Assembly: GCA_963713605.1 (NCBI GenBank)
Contig: CAVQMO010000003.1
Location: forward strand, 32,001-96,000
Source: an uncultured Nitrososphaerales archaeon
GTDB lineage: Archaea > Thermoproteota > Nitrososphaeria > Nitrososphaerales > Nitrososphaeraceae
Direction: 5' to 3'
Length of the DNA: 64,000 bases
Position numbers and translations under genes: made by a program. Below the pieces are notes generated by a model. The model was given only the letters and a program-made list of their open reading frames with translations, had not been told where the DNA came from and did no database searches. Shown here in pieces: positions 1 to 11,723 of the stretch; position 1 is the stretch's first letter; each line of letters opens with the position of its first letter.

Positions 1-748
1 AACAAGTAACTGCTAGATTCAATGCAGAAGAGCTAATTACGAAAAGAGAAACAGTAAAAGATCAAATTGATGAACAGATTACAGCAAGGCTTGCCGCCTA
101 TAATATCGTTGTAGATGGCATATCGATTACTGAATTCCAATTTTCACCGGAGTTCGTTAGAGCAGTAGAAGCAAAGGTAGCAGCCCAACAGAGAGCATTG
201 CAAGCTCAGAATGAACTACGAAGAATAGAGATAGAGGCACAGCAAGCAGAAGCAAGAGCAGTAGGAGAGCAACAAGCAAACATAGCTAGAGCAGAAGGAG
301 TCAGACAGGCAAACTGTACTACAGGCACAGGGAGAAGCACAAGCCATAACAACAATAGACGAACAGTTAAGACATAGTCCGAGCTATTTAGAGTGGCTCA
401 AATCCCAGAAATGGAATGGTCAGTTACCATTAGTGGTTGGGGGAGAAGCAACCGGGCCTGGAGGTCGATTCTGTGACTCCATTCATCGAGATTCCGACTA
501 GTAGGAATGAATTCAACGCTACACAAGGAGGGGATGGTGATGGTGAAACCACTGGAAATGCAACATCAGCTAGCATTGGCGGAGGAGGAGGTAGTTCTGT
601 TCAGAACGTATTAAACAACACAGGTACTAACCAACGCGACAAGATCGGGCATGCAGTAACGCCAGTTGATTATAGGGGTCATTATGTATTGAAAAAACGA
701 CTACGAGGCATTAAGTATACGACCTGCAAAGCTAAAACATTTGTGTAA
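1..748 (+). CDS. Prohibitin/SPFH (band 7) family protein, 5'-partial, frameshifted near 315 and 436
   Basis: Manual translation: QVTARFNAEELITKRETVKDQIDEQITARLAAYNIVVDGISITEFQFSPEFVRAVEAKVAAQQRALQAQNELRRIEIEAQQ...YLEWLKSQKWNGQLP, typical of prohibitin C-terminal halves. Confidence 0.8.
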
Positions 749-1162
749 AATATTTAGTAGTATTAGAAGTACAAGTGATCATACTAACAAATTTATTATT
801 CTTTGTAGACATGCTCAATGCTCTGGTCCTAGTTCTTCGAGTTGCCCATGTAACTGTCATCCTGCCAGACTTTGAAGTGTGAGAACCCACGCCATAAACA
901 GCACTTAAAGAGATTCCTAAAGAAATATCCAACGGCTGATAAGTAAGGAGAGTTTGCGATTATAATAACAGTAAACCCCGAGGATTGGGCTATCGATTTG
1001 GAGCATCCTGAGAAGAATACCGTAAAGTGTTGTCAGATGTGTAGCATCCAAGAGTATATAAAACGAGTAACTAGTCCTGAATGGAAGGACCAACCTGCTA
1101 GTTACAACCCTTACGAATGGAAGATAAGTTATTAATAATAATACGGAGTTGGCTAACCAACC

Positions 1163-1210
1163 AAAAAGGCAGACGACCAGGAAAGTGAGGACTGACGGGA
1201 TCGCCTACCC
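1163..1210 (-). ncRNA. Candidate small hairpin RNA, unit A
   Basis: GGGUAGGCGAUC-loop-GGUCGUCUGCC-UUUUU; degenerate TATA (CATAAAAT) at 1240-1233, i.e. -30..-23 from the first G. Confidence 0.5.
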
Positions 1211-1290
1211 GTACCATTTCAGATTGGTATTCATTTTATGGTCATTCCAACTAAAAGTCTTTTTGGTAATTTTACAAGATTTACGAAGTG

Positions 1291-1339
1291 AAAAGAGGTA
1301 GTGCGGCCGAGAATTTGTCATAACTGGCCGTCGCTACCC
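1291..1339 (-). ncRNA. Candidate small hairpin RNA, unit B
   Basis: GGGUAGCGACGGCC-loop-GGCCGCACUACC-UCUUUU; TTATAAAA at 1376-1369 (predicted start ~1346). Confidence 0.4.
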
Positions 1340-1442
1340 AAGCCATGCTGATTTACGATATGCTCATATTTTATAATTATTTTTTTATAATAGGCATTAT
1401 GGAACTTGGTTATTTGTTCTTCCAAATTTTTAAAATCTGATA

Positions 1443-1492
1443 GAGAAGTAGACGACCAATAAACGACATGTCAGACGCATTGATCGCCTACT
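1443..1492 (-). ncRNA. Candidate small hairpin RNA, unit C
   Basis: AGUAGGCGAUCAAU-18 nt loop-AUUGGUCGUCUACU, fully paired with two G-U wobbles only on the minus strand; TTTAAAT at 1521-1515. Confidence 0.55.
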
Positions 1493-1559
1493 GCCAGTTG
1501 GTTCTTTAAGAGTGATTTAAAGGCCTCAACTGCCAGCGAGTATTTGTACAACAAAGTAT

Positions 1560-1624
1560 AAAAGTAGATAGAGAAGGACAGCCTACGTACAAGAATTTAG
1601 GAAGGGTGTAGGCGCCCTTCTCCC
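1560..1624 (-). ncRNA. Candidate small hairpin RNA, unit D
   Basis: GAGAAGGGCGCCUAC-21 nt loop-GUAGGCUGUCCUUCUC then U-rich tail; TTATTAAA at 1653-1646. Confidence 0.5.
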
Positions 1625-1772
1625 TTGCTAACCTTACTGCTTGGATTTAATAACTCTTGATTAACTTCGTCAAGTGACAATTTCATGAAATGAAAAATAG
1701 TTCGTAGAAAAAGAAAGGAAGGAAGGTTATTGATTATCTATTTTATGAAACTGCAGAAGAGTCTGATTTGAT

Positions 1773-1821
1773 AAAAGGTAGGAAGGAACATTCCGAAGGC
1801 CTACGAGTGTCCTTCCTACCC
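1773..1821 (-). ncRNA. Candidate small hairpin RNA, unit E
   Basis: GGGUAGGAAGGACACUC-loop-GAAUGUUCCUUCCUACC-UUUU; TTATTTAA at 1851-1844 (-30..-23). Confidence 0.55.
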
Positions 1822-2468
1822 ACAGCATTGACTCATTTATTCCTTAAATAAGGGGTGCTTATAGGTTTTTTACCTAATTCTGTAAAAACTGAGAAAACTA
1901 ACAATTTCATGTAATATTGATACTTGGCCGTGTTACCCGATCGTGTCACCCCCCTGTCATATATTAAAAAGTAGATAAATTTCCACTCATGAGATATATC
2001 GCGAACGTTCGAATGGCAAATCAAGTCATTACTGGCGTATTGTTGTCGGTATTGTCTCCTTACGTTAATCGTTCTTACACCAGTGATGACTACTTTTGTC
2101 CAGGGGCAAACAACGACACCATTGCCATCTCCAGAATTACCACAATTTCCTTCTAACTTTTTTCAACCAACCTTAACGTTATGTGCATTCATGTATCTGG
2201 TTTCATTCCTTGGCAGTCAATGGCATCGTCACCAACACAATCCCCACAACGGGAATATATACCCGTAGTAATGATCGACAACCAGAATAACTTTATGAAT
2301 ACAATGTTTTCAGGTAACAATCTAATGCAACCTGTTGGTCAACAACAACAGCAACAACAACAGTTACCACAAGGACAAAATCTATGTGTTTACCATTATG
2401 ATCCTGCTATAATGCATCAAACACATCTGAGTGACTGGTCCGACCATTCAAAATAGTCTGCCTCATCA

Positions 2469-3083
2469 ATGAACGACACAGAAACATTTTCCAATGATCT
2501 AAAAGACTTGGTCTTAAAACTTGGAAAGGCCTCTATGGTCACGTCATTAATAGGAAGTGTTAGCTTTGGTGATACTATAAACTTAAGCAATAATACGGGA
2601 GATTCAATAAGGCCTGAATTTAGTATATCTACTCCGTACGTATTCGTAGTCTGGCAAAATCAGAAAGGGTGACGATATATTCTTCAAAAGAAGGTACTGA
2701 TGATGGGGCTAGTTTTGGTGATACGATTAATGTAAGCAATAGTAGAGGCAATTCCATGAATCCTGAAACTAGTGTCACTAACACATCAAGCGTATTCATT
2801 ATATGGCAGGATCAGGTCAGCAATAGTAAGCTAAATGATATCTTATCAAGAAATAGTACAGATGGTGGAGCTAGCTTTTGGTGATACTATAAACTTAAGC
2901 AACCCCAATGACAATTCTACCGACTCAGATATTACTTCTTCGAATGACGGCAGAGTATTTGCAGTATGGTCAAATGATGCAAATGGTAAAACAAGTATTC
3001 TTCACATCACTGATGTAAGCTTTTGTAAGAATTGGTTTAATCCTTATGAAGATCTCTTTATTACATTTAGTATCACTATTTGA
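2469..3083 (+). pseudogene. BNR/Asp-box (sialidase-like) repeat protein, fragmented
   Basis: Three overlapping ORFs each with (S)TDGGASFGDTINLSN-type Asp-box repeats. Confidence 0.7.
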
Positions 3084-3151
3084 CTTGGCGACCAGAGCAT
3101 AACACTCTAAAGTCGATGTATTCGAATAAGCATGGAGACTACTCTGTGGAA

Positions 3152-3240
3152 TCAATGATAAGTAATTTTCAATTTGTAGTTCTAAAACCCCTCTAACCTG
3201 ATTTTTCACATGCTTCCTTACATATATAATATATGTACGA
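3152..3240. repeat. Dispersed repeat copy 1 (promoter plus 5' end of a small gene family)
   Basis: Near-identical to 11305-11405; both encode RGVLELQIENYLSL on the minus strand. Confidence 0.85.
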
Positions 3241-3808
3241 CTAGTGGGCTGCTAACTGCCCACAAATGCGGATATTCTGGATTGATTAATAATGCGGCCT
3301 ATGGTACCATGAATTACACTCCTTTGCTAATTGCGAGCAAGCGGATAATATTCTTCGTTAGGATTATGACGAGGTTTCAGAGAACGTAGAAATGGTATTA
3401 AAGATGGATGATAAACAGATGCTCTCTACTCGTTTACCTCATTCGCCCCACCTACATTGACCAAATCTTCGCCGAATGGATTTAGAATCATACAATACTT
3501 GTTATCAACCTGAGTGGTAGATATCATACAAGCCACGTCGTTGTCATGTTAAACCTGTCCAATGACATATGATAATTGCTGAAGCGTAAGAAAATCACCC
3601 TCAATTGAGGGAGCTGAATCTTCAACTACAGTTGAACCGTCCAATATTCCTATTCTTAATAGGTGTCTAAATCTGTCTCTTCGAAAGAACCATATGTTAT
3701 ATCCATCTCAACTTAGAATTACTAACCAGCGTTATGTATAATATCTTAGATAAAGAGAAATCTGTATAAATATTATAGCGGTAGGAAACCATTTTTCACA
3801 TAATTTCG

Positions 3809-5035
3809 TTACACTTTGGTTTTCAGTACCTCAGGCTTTACTTGTGATAATTGAGGATTTTGTTGTATCATGACCATGATCTGATTGAATCTCTGGTTGG
3901 TTTCTTCTCTTATAGATTCTATTTCAGATTCATACTTCTCTTTCATATCATGTAATTCTCTATCTTTTTCTCTAGGTTTGGCTTCAATACCTTTTTCCTC
4001 TTGCTTCAAGCGTCGTGTAATCTAGGAATGTCAAGTATTTCATACATTCCGTAGTATAAACCTCCATTCTATCAATCTCTAATATAATATGGGGATTTTG
4101 CGTGCCCCAAAAACCATTCGCTGTAATCTTGCCCTACTTGGTCACTTATCACTGTTTTTACAAAACGTCTAAACGAGTGTAAAGTTATCTTTCTTCGTCT
4201 TCCTAAGACCGTCTTCCTTTCTTTCATCCATTCCTGCCACAGATAATAACTTCTCAAATTCATGTATGATTCTAAAATAGATATTTTTTGGATTAGCCTT
4301 GTTTTTGACTCTGTATGCACTGAATACCAAATCATCAGATTTCAGTTTTTAAGTCCAATCATAGTCTTTGTTTTTATATTTCCAGTTAATCCAGTCTTTA
4401 AGAAATCTTGTGGCTTCATCTGAGATGTAAACATCCCGTGAAACTCTTGTCATTGAATATTCTTTTCTTACACGAATCTTTGTAGGGCTGGATGAAAAAT
4501 CAATATCCTTAAGCCGAATAGCAAATGCTTCTACTGCTCTGAAACCGCCACTGGCCAGGACCATAATATAGGCCTTCAATCTCCTATTAGTACATACAAG
4601 CAGGATGTTTTTAATACCTTGGACATCTAAAGCTTCTTCATCGTTTCGATATATTTTTGGCATCTTTACTTTTCTCTTAAATTTTGAAGGCACCGCATCA
4701 ATATTATAATATGCAAAATACGATCGCAAACCAGCCATATACAATTTGATACTAGGTGCTAAAAGATTTAGTGAACTAAGGAATGAAACGAATCTATCTA
4801 ATAATTCATACAGATTAATTTCTTGTCTTAATAAAGGTGATACGATTGTTTCTACGGAATAGTAGTTCAGCTTGTCGTCATGGAATAGAAATTGCTGAAA
4901 CTTATGTAGCCCCTATACTTTCTCTGATGCTGCACTATTTCTGCGAATGCTGTCCAAAAATGTTTTGACTCTAGGTAATTGTGCTATTTCATTTCTTGGG
5001 ACTGATTGGGTTGTGATCTTATCTCACTAGTTCAT
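3809..5035 (-). pseudogene. Tyrosine recombinase/integrase, fragmented
   Basis: Fragments with LASGGFRAVEA (catalytic Arg), TLHSFRR (HxxR), FLGHAKSPYY, and a coiled-coil tail; several frameshifts/stops. Confidence 0.85.
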
Positions 5036-5065
5036 AGTAAATTATATTGTTATATTGACTTTTTT

Positions 5066-5872
5066 TTAACTAATATAACCTGTGTTAACTGGTTTGCGTA
5101 ACACACCGGGGGGTTGCTGATTCTCCAATACTTTCTCAGCGGCCTGTTGTTGGATTGTTTGGATTAATGCCTCAGTATCTCGTGCTTTATTTTCAAGGTT
5201 ATCCATATTCACCGTTAGTCCAAGTATTGAAAGTAGGCTTTCTAGAATAATCTTGGAAGCTTTGGCGTCAACTACATAACCTGATGTTTCTACTAATAAA
5301 CAAGTACCTTGCAATCCACGAAGTTTTCCAACACCAATAATCAGGCCATTCATTCCTGCAATAGTGCCACTATCCATGGTCAGGATATTTTTTTCCTTAA
5401 ATGTACTCACTATATTCGAATCGGTAGCTGTTCCGAAGATCCTGGGCTTATCCACAAATGTTCCAGTAACGTATGCTGCCAAAGTGATGATCCTTTTTGT
5501 ATTAAACTTTGTAGCAATATCTATGATTTGGTCAGATAAAAAATATGCAGAATTAGGATTCTCTGGTTGTGAGTCTCCGGTCAATAAGAGCATATCATAA
5601 TTGGAACCAGGGGTAGTAGACGCCTTTGAATAAAAAATTGTGTTTTTCATAAGCTCTGCGATGCCGTCGCTTCTAATCATAATCTGTGGAGGAAACGAAC
5701 TCGAGTAAATATCAGCAAGATGACTTGCATTTAGTTCCTGAATCAAATGGTCGATTGCAATCTTTCCGACATATCCACTTCCAGGGAAGCCGCAGATCAA
5801 AAGCGGCGAGTGCAATTGTGGCATGTTGGCAGAGGAGTACACTACTTCATTTTTCTGTAAAGAAGATGACAT
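5066..5872 (-). CDS. Proteasome assembly chaperone, PAC2 family
   Basis: LICGFPGSGYVGKIAIDHL, LLTGDSQP, GxIAGMNGL, LVETSGYVVDAKAS motifs. Confidence 0.9.
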   Translation of the reverse strand: MSSSLQKNEVVYSSANMPQLHSPLLICGFPGSGYVGKIAIDHLIQELNASHLADIYSSSFPPQIMIRSDGIAELMKNTIFYSKASTTPGSNYDMLLLTGDSQPENPNSAYFLSDQIIDIATKFNTKRIITLAAYVTGTFVDKPRIFGTATDSNIVSTFKEKNILTMDSGTIAGMNGLIIGVGKLRGLQGTCLLVETSGYVVDAKASKIILESLLSILGLTVNMDNLENKARDTEALIQTIQQQAAEKVLENQQPPGVLRKPVNTGYIS

Positions 5873-6126
5873 CTATTTATATAATCATTGATTGATTTTA
5901 AAGTGTTGCATATGGATCTCTCGTAACAATATTGAAAACTAAACATTCAAGGCGGCATATTAAATAAGACTTGAGAAAAGAATGTGTTTCACGGTGGATA
6001 AGCAGAAATAGATAAGCAATCACAAGAGTAGCCACATTTTTTATCTCCTTCTTTGAACTAGACGAAGGAAAACTAACCTACAAGGGGCACCATTACAAAT
6101 ATTTTAATTCGTGCTCACGCGATCAT

Positions 6127-7070
6127 TTAATTGCATTTGCCATCATAAATCCAGTCTTTATTGTTAGTAACTAAAAGTACATTTGAATAATTAGGATTAC
6201 GATAGATGCAATTGCTGCACGGGATAGTGATAAGCCATGCGTAAACAATTCGCTTTCCAATACCCCATCTAACCGCCGAAAGCCTTCTTGTTGAACCAAC
6301 CACCATGATGGCGCCTAAGATGGCTTGGGTAGTACTTACTGGGATTCCTAGTCCAGCCATTGCCGCAAGGATTACACCTCCCCCAGTTTCAGCGCAAAAA
6401 CCTCGATAGGGATTGAGCTCGGTAATGCGAAATGCCATAGTTTTTACTATTCGCCATCCCCCCAAGAATGTTCCAGCTGATATTGCTGCAGCAGCACATG
6501 ATAGCCCACGTGGGAACTACAAATTCATCTGGGCTCATAAACCCTCCAGCGATAAGTAACGCTGTTATAACTCCCATAGTCTTTTGCCCAGCATTCGCTC
6601 CATGCGCTAATGAAAAGAACGCACTTGAGACGATCTGAAGCTTCCCAAAGACTTGGTTGATGAATAGTGGCATTGAACCTTTAAGGAAAATATAAAATTA
6701 TCATAGCTAGAACAAATGCTATCACAAATCCTGCCACAGGTGATAGAATCATAAATATTAGGACTTTCTCAACACCAGGAACTATTATTGCGTCCCAAGT
6801 TCGAACTATCAATGCGGATCCAACTAGGCCTCCCATAAGTGCATGACTGCTGGAAGAGGGAAGACCAAAATACCATGTGACCAAATCCCAGATTATGGCA
6901 CCTATTCGACCAGCAAGGATTATATCTACAGTCGAGAACTCAGGTTAGGGTTCTGTTGTTGCTATTGCTGTTCCAAAGTTTGTAAATGCGGCTATAATGA
7001 CTGCGTGAAGCGGCTTGAGAACCCGAGTTCCTACCAATTATTATCTTGTCATTACCACGAATCCATGAAA
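6127..7070 (-). pseudogene. Inorganic phosphate transporter (PiT family), fragmented
   Basis: GFHGFVV, GLPSSSSHALMGGLVG, FSLAHGANAGQKTMG, GIPVSTTQ, RRLSAVRWG signatures across 4 frames. Confidence 0.85.
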
Positions 7071-7237
7071 ACCAGGTTATAAAAACCAACAATTAAGATC
7101 GAGATTGGTACCGTATTAAATTTTCCTTGGACCTTTTAAAACATTGGATCCTTTAAACTATGATGCAGGGTATTATCACATAAATGTTCAACAAAGAATA
7201 TATTCATTGATAAATTTAGACTACTTACTCGTATTGC

Positions 7238-8080
7238 TCAATTATCAATTAGTATTTTCGAGAGATTGGTGGCCGGTTTGGGAAATTTCGGCTTCATTCT
7301 TTCAAGTGTATCAACTATAATCAGGCCTACCGCAAGGTTTCTAAACCATTTTTTATTCGCAGGGATGATGTACCAAGGTGCCCATAAATTACTACATCTT
7401 CTGATGATGTCTTGATATGCAGCAGTATAACTACTCCAGAATTTTCGGTCTTTTATATCTCTTTCAGAAACCTTCCATTGTTTTGAGGGATCAGTCATTC
7501 TTTCCTCGAGTCTTTTTCTTTGCTCCTCCTTACTAATATGTAAAAAGAATTTGATGATCTTTGTGCTATCGTCTAAGAGACATCTCTCGAATGCATTGAT
7601 ATGTTCGTATCTTTGGGACCAAATTGATTTGTGAATTGTTTTATGAACTCTCGGTTGTATAATATCTTCATAATGAGAACGATTGAATACGGCTATCTCT
7701 CCCTTTGCAGGGGCACTCTTGTGAATACGCCAAAGAAAATCGTGCGATAAATCTTCTGCCGTTGGTTCTTTGAATGCTTTTACTGTACAGCCTTGTGGGT
7801 TGAATGCACTGATAACGTGTCTTATTGTGCTGTCCTTTCCAGAAGTGTCAACACCCTGAACGACAATCAGCAAGGTCTTTTTTCTTTCTGCATAGAGTCT
7901 GTACTGCAAATCGGACATTCGTTTCTTGAGATTCTGCTCAAGTACATGTTCAGCTTTTTTCTCGTCGATATTAAAATCGTAATCTGGATTCAACTTTTGT
8001 AGATTTATTTTTTTACCTTCAGCTACCATAAGCTGGTTGATAATATCGTTAACCTTTATCTCAAAGGAAGACATCAGCAC
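7238..8080 (-). CDS. ppk2: Polyphosphate kinase 2 family protein (class III-like)
   Basis: QGVDTSGKD Walker A, HDFLWRIH, FNRSHYED, KFFLHISKEEQ, APWYIIPANKKWFRN. Confidence 0.92.
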   Translation of the reverse strand: MLMSSFEIKVNDIINQLMVAEGKKINLQKLNPDYDFNIDEKKAEHVLEQNLKKRMSDLQYRLYAERKKTLLIVVQGVDTSGKDSTIRHVISAFNPQGCTVKAFKEPTAEDLSHDFLWRIHKSAPAKGEIAVFNRSHYEDIIQPRVHKTIHKSIWSQRYEHINAFERCLLDDSTKIIKFFLHISKEEQRKRLEERMTDPSKQWKVSERDIKDRKFWSSYTAAYQDIIRRCSNLWAPWYIIPANKKWFRNLAVGLIIVDTLERMKPKFPKPATNLSKILIDN

Positions 8081-8571
8081 TAGCTTTTCTATACTTTATG
8101 AGTATAATTTATAGGTCACAATTATACTTTGAGACTACTGTGAAAGCAAGATCTTTTATTGGTATAGTGGCCTTGCTAAGTCCGATTTTAATTATTGTCG
8201 TTTAGTGTACCGATGAGAAAGATGTCTAGTAGACATGATTTTTACTTTCGATACCTAATAATCCTCATTCAAGAAGTTGGTGTTCAGGTTGGTTTTGAGA
8301 TTGTTTAATTAAGTCGCTTAGTGGCCCTTTTATTTCTTTAACTCTCATTTTAGGCAGAACCGCTTCTTCTCTTCGTCTTTCCTTTTTCTGGTAGAAAAGA
8401 TGTTTTACTAGGGTCGATCTTAAATTTTTCAGCATTTCAGTGAACTGTTTCTCACTCTCCGCCCCAGTGACTGGGTGCACACCGACAGTTAGCAGGAAAG
8501 TAATCAAGAATACTGAAAAATAAGTAATGGCTATAGATTAACTTTATCTTTATGATTTAGTCATAAGAGTT

Positions 8572-8949
8572 GTGAAGGAATTAAGTATCTATCTTTTTAC
8601 TGAAGCTGTTCCCACAGCGACCGAAATTCTTCGCAAGCATGGTATCGGAGGTCTGGCCTTTTATGAATTATATTGTGCTGGTCGTACAAGACGGCATGAG
8701 ATACCTGAGATGGTCTTTCGGGGTGCACGTGCCTATCAGACAGGTAGAAGAATCACTCCAGAATTTGAAAAGAGATCCAAGATTGAGACCTTCGTACCCG
8801 ACTCGTCTGCAAAAGAAATTGTTGATGAACTTATTAGCAGCTTCGGCTCAGAGTCTGAGCCGAGCGGTATGGTCTTTGTTAAAGAGGTTTCTGAGGCCTA
8901 CGAGATCGGCTCTAAACAGAGCGGTGAGGCAATTTTAACTGCCAAATAG
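8572..8949 (+). CDS. P-II family nitrogen regulator (divergent)
   Basis: P-II fold pattern: GIGGL..., T-loop, KIETFVPD, GMVFVKEVSEAYEIGSKQSGEAIL. Confidence 0.8.
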   Translation: MKELSIYLFTEAVPTATEILRKHGIGGLAFYELYCAGRTRRHEIPEMVFRGARAYQTGRRITPEFEKRSKIETFVPDSSAKEIVDELISSFGSESEPSGMVFVKEVSEAYEIGSKQSGEAILTAK

Positions 8950-10463
8950 ATAGCTTACGGAATATCTTTTTGTTGTTAGACCATTGGTTTTAGCTTGATC
9001 TGTATTGCCGTTAACATAAGATTATCCTTTAGCTTTTACCGTTGTGTATTTCGTACTAATCGGTATCAAGTGAGGGCGTTGGTACCAATAGGGCTGCCGC
9101 CTCTGTCAACGTCATATATCGCTCACTCAATATCAGCATCAACTCAGGAGGCTTGAGTGCAACAGTTCCACTTGGTGGTTTGGGAGGTTTGGGAGATTTG
9201 ACTAGATATGGACGGAGGATAGCCCGAACATTGAGTATTACGAAAAGCGCTGCGTGAATCTACCATCTTACTCTATAAAGCATTTTGAGGACAAGATAGA
9301 CGAAGCAGTGAAAGACAGGGACTCAGACAAAGCCAAACATATAGAGCAAGACAGTGTCATTAAAGAAGAACCAATCTATTTTCTCAGTTCATTTTAGATA
9401 AGTTCCAGAGCGAGAGTATACACTTGCCATCGAACTACCAAAGGAATACTTTGCAGACAAATTTCATGTCCTTCCAGAAAAGACCAAAGAATTATTCTTA
9501 TACTATACAAAGGCTGCTGACAAAGCAGTCAAGCCAACAGACGGCGCAATAACCAGAGCTAGAGAACTGGGAACCAACAGACGATGAGATAGATAACGGG
9601 GAGAGGTCTAGGCCAGACGTGGGATGGGTTAAACATAATCATGTCGCGGTATATATCAAATGACGGAGATTGGAGAAATGAAAATCAGTGCTTCGAAAGT
9701 GAGTGTCTGGGTATGATTCATTTCTAACCAATCACGAAATTTTTCTCTTATAAATGAATGATAATGCCATCAAAATTCAATATAATAGAGTATTGGGTGG
9801 GACAAAGTCGTCGTGATACTACAATGCTTATATTATTTATTTGATATACAAATCCAACTTTTGCATTGACGTACTCCAACAAGTGGGTTGACAGGCTTGC
9901 CCATTCCATTATCCACCCGCTGGTCATAGTTATGCTAGCCGATAGTTTTCATGACCAACTAGTCAGTTCTAATATTTTCATTTACAAAGCTTGTAAGAAT
10001 AGCAACTGGTTATTTTGATTTAAAACTTAAAGATAGGAAGAAAACCAAGAAGACCAGAACTTGGTCTCTTGCTTCCTACATATAGGGTTTGCCAGAATCG
10101 TCCCTTTTTGTGGTTGGTATTGCAGTATTACTGCTTGCACAAAAAATTATAAAAACGATCTATCTGTAGCAAATTTAAGATCCTTCTAATTTTCTTTCTT
10201 AGTTTTAGTGTCGTCTAGAATTTTTTGAAATATTGGTTTTAATTGAGATGGAATGGCATCAAGATGTCTTTCGAGCACAGCCAATACAACCCAATGCCCA
10301 GGCATCATTTGATTCCATGATAAAACCTGTATGTTATCCACTTAGCTCTATGCGACACTTAGAAAGAAGAATAAGGGCGGTGATACTAACGACAGATAAT
10401 TAGAAATGTAATAAATGCCCGAATGAGGCATGTTTAGTTAAACCTTTCTGGCCGTTCCTTTAC

Positions 10464-10760
10464 TCATGAATTGCATTCCCTCATGCACCACTGAACTCCG
10501 TCTGTAGTTAACATTATTTCACGTCCGTTCTCTCGTTTAACATATTCATTTAGTATTGCATCTTCAACCAGGTTGTCTGTAGCTTCTTGTTCAACACCAC
10601 TGAAAGAGCCAATATCCATCTCTTTGAATACCTTATCAGCAGCTACTGGTTTATCCATAAGTCCGTTTGCTAACTTATAGAGCGCACATAAAAACCGACG
10701 TCTGTACATATTAAGTTCAGAAGGGGTCAATAAAGTCATATTCTCGGGTACTAAATGCAT
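10464..10760 (-). CDS. Hypothetical small protein, possible winged-helix
   Basis: 98 aa ORF ending IMLTTDGVQWC, resembling a wHTH wing. Confidence 0.4.
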   Translation of the reverse strand: MHLVPENMTLLTPSELNMYRRRFLCALYKLANGLMDKPVAADKVFKEMDIGSFSGVEQEATDNLVEDAILNEYVKRENGREIMLTTDGVQWCMRECNS

Positions 10761-11304
10761 ATATTTATGGTTTTTCTGTGAATTTAATTTTTCTTTCTTT
10801 TGTTACTAGATATAGAGTACAAAGTCCTGAACATGACGATAGTTTGTTATAGTACATTTATCAGACTCAGGGCATCATTGTTGAGAGAAAAGTAGGCACT
10901 TCGGTTGTAGCCTAATCCGGACCCTGTTAATTGTGTCCAACGTTAGCATCGTTGAATGTTTCTTGATATTATACCAATGATTCTTTCTGTAAACCTTAGG
11001 TCCGGCGAACGATCTATTTTTAGAACCTTTACCAGCTGGTAACCATGATGTAAGTCTCCAAGTAAGCGTGTGCTAAATACTATCCGATCAAGCTATAACT
11101 ATATTGCAGACTGGACATATCACCTAAACATAGTTCCCTGAAACTCTATTATGTGTCAGACTAGATGGAGAACCTCGAGCTGAGTCAAAGCAGGAGCGAA
11201 GGAGGTGATAATACATCCCAAGACATAACCGAATACTGCGTCGTCAGACTCCTTAACGTGCATTTCGCTTTGCTTATCGCGAAACATTATTACATACTGT
11301 GGTC

Positions 11305-11405
11305 TCAATGATAAGTAATTTTCAATTTGTAGTTCTAAAACTCCTCTCGGCGCTGAGTGGCATGAGTTTTTCACATGCTTCCTTACATATATAATATGTG
11401 TACGA
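11305..11405. repeat. Dispersed repeat copy 2 (start of ORF 11156-11374)
   Basis: Matches 3152-3240 apart from a ~12 nt insertion. Confidence 0.85.
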
Positions 11406-11723
11406 TTTTACATAAAGCAAACCGGTTTATCATATTATCATAATTTTATAATCCATAATTGTCACGTTGGCAGGAACATGGTCCATTGGGTTCATTTCTC
11501 CGGCTGAATTCGGGTTTTGGATTGTAAAGTCGGTATTGTAACATGTCTTTTACATTCTAGATTTTAGAAGACAGAAATTAGGATATTATGAATGAATTGT
11601 AAAGGAAATCTGTCATTAATATACTCTGTTTTACTCTCTCGATTGCATGATAAAGAATCTTTTATGATTTTAGTATTGAATTGATTGGAGGAATATCCTG
11701 CTCGAAATATCCCGCTCAATGAA

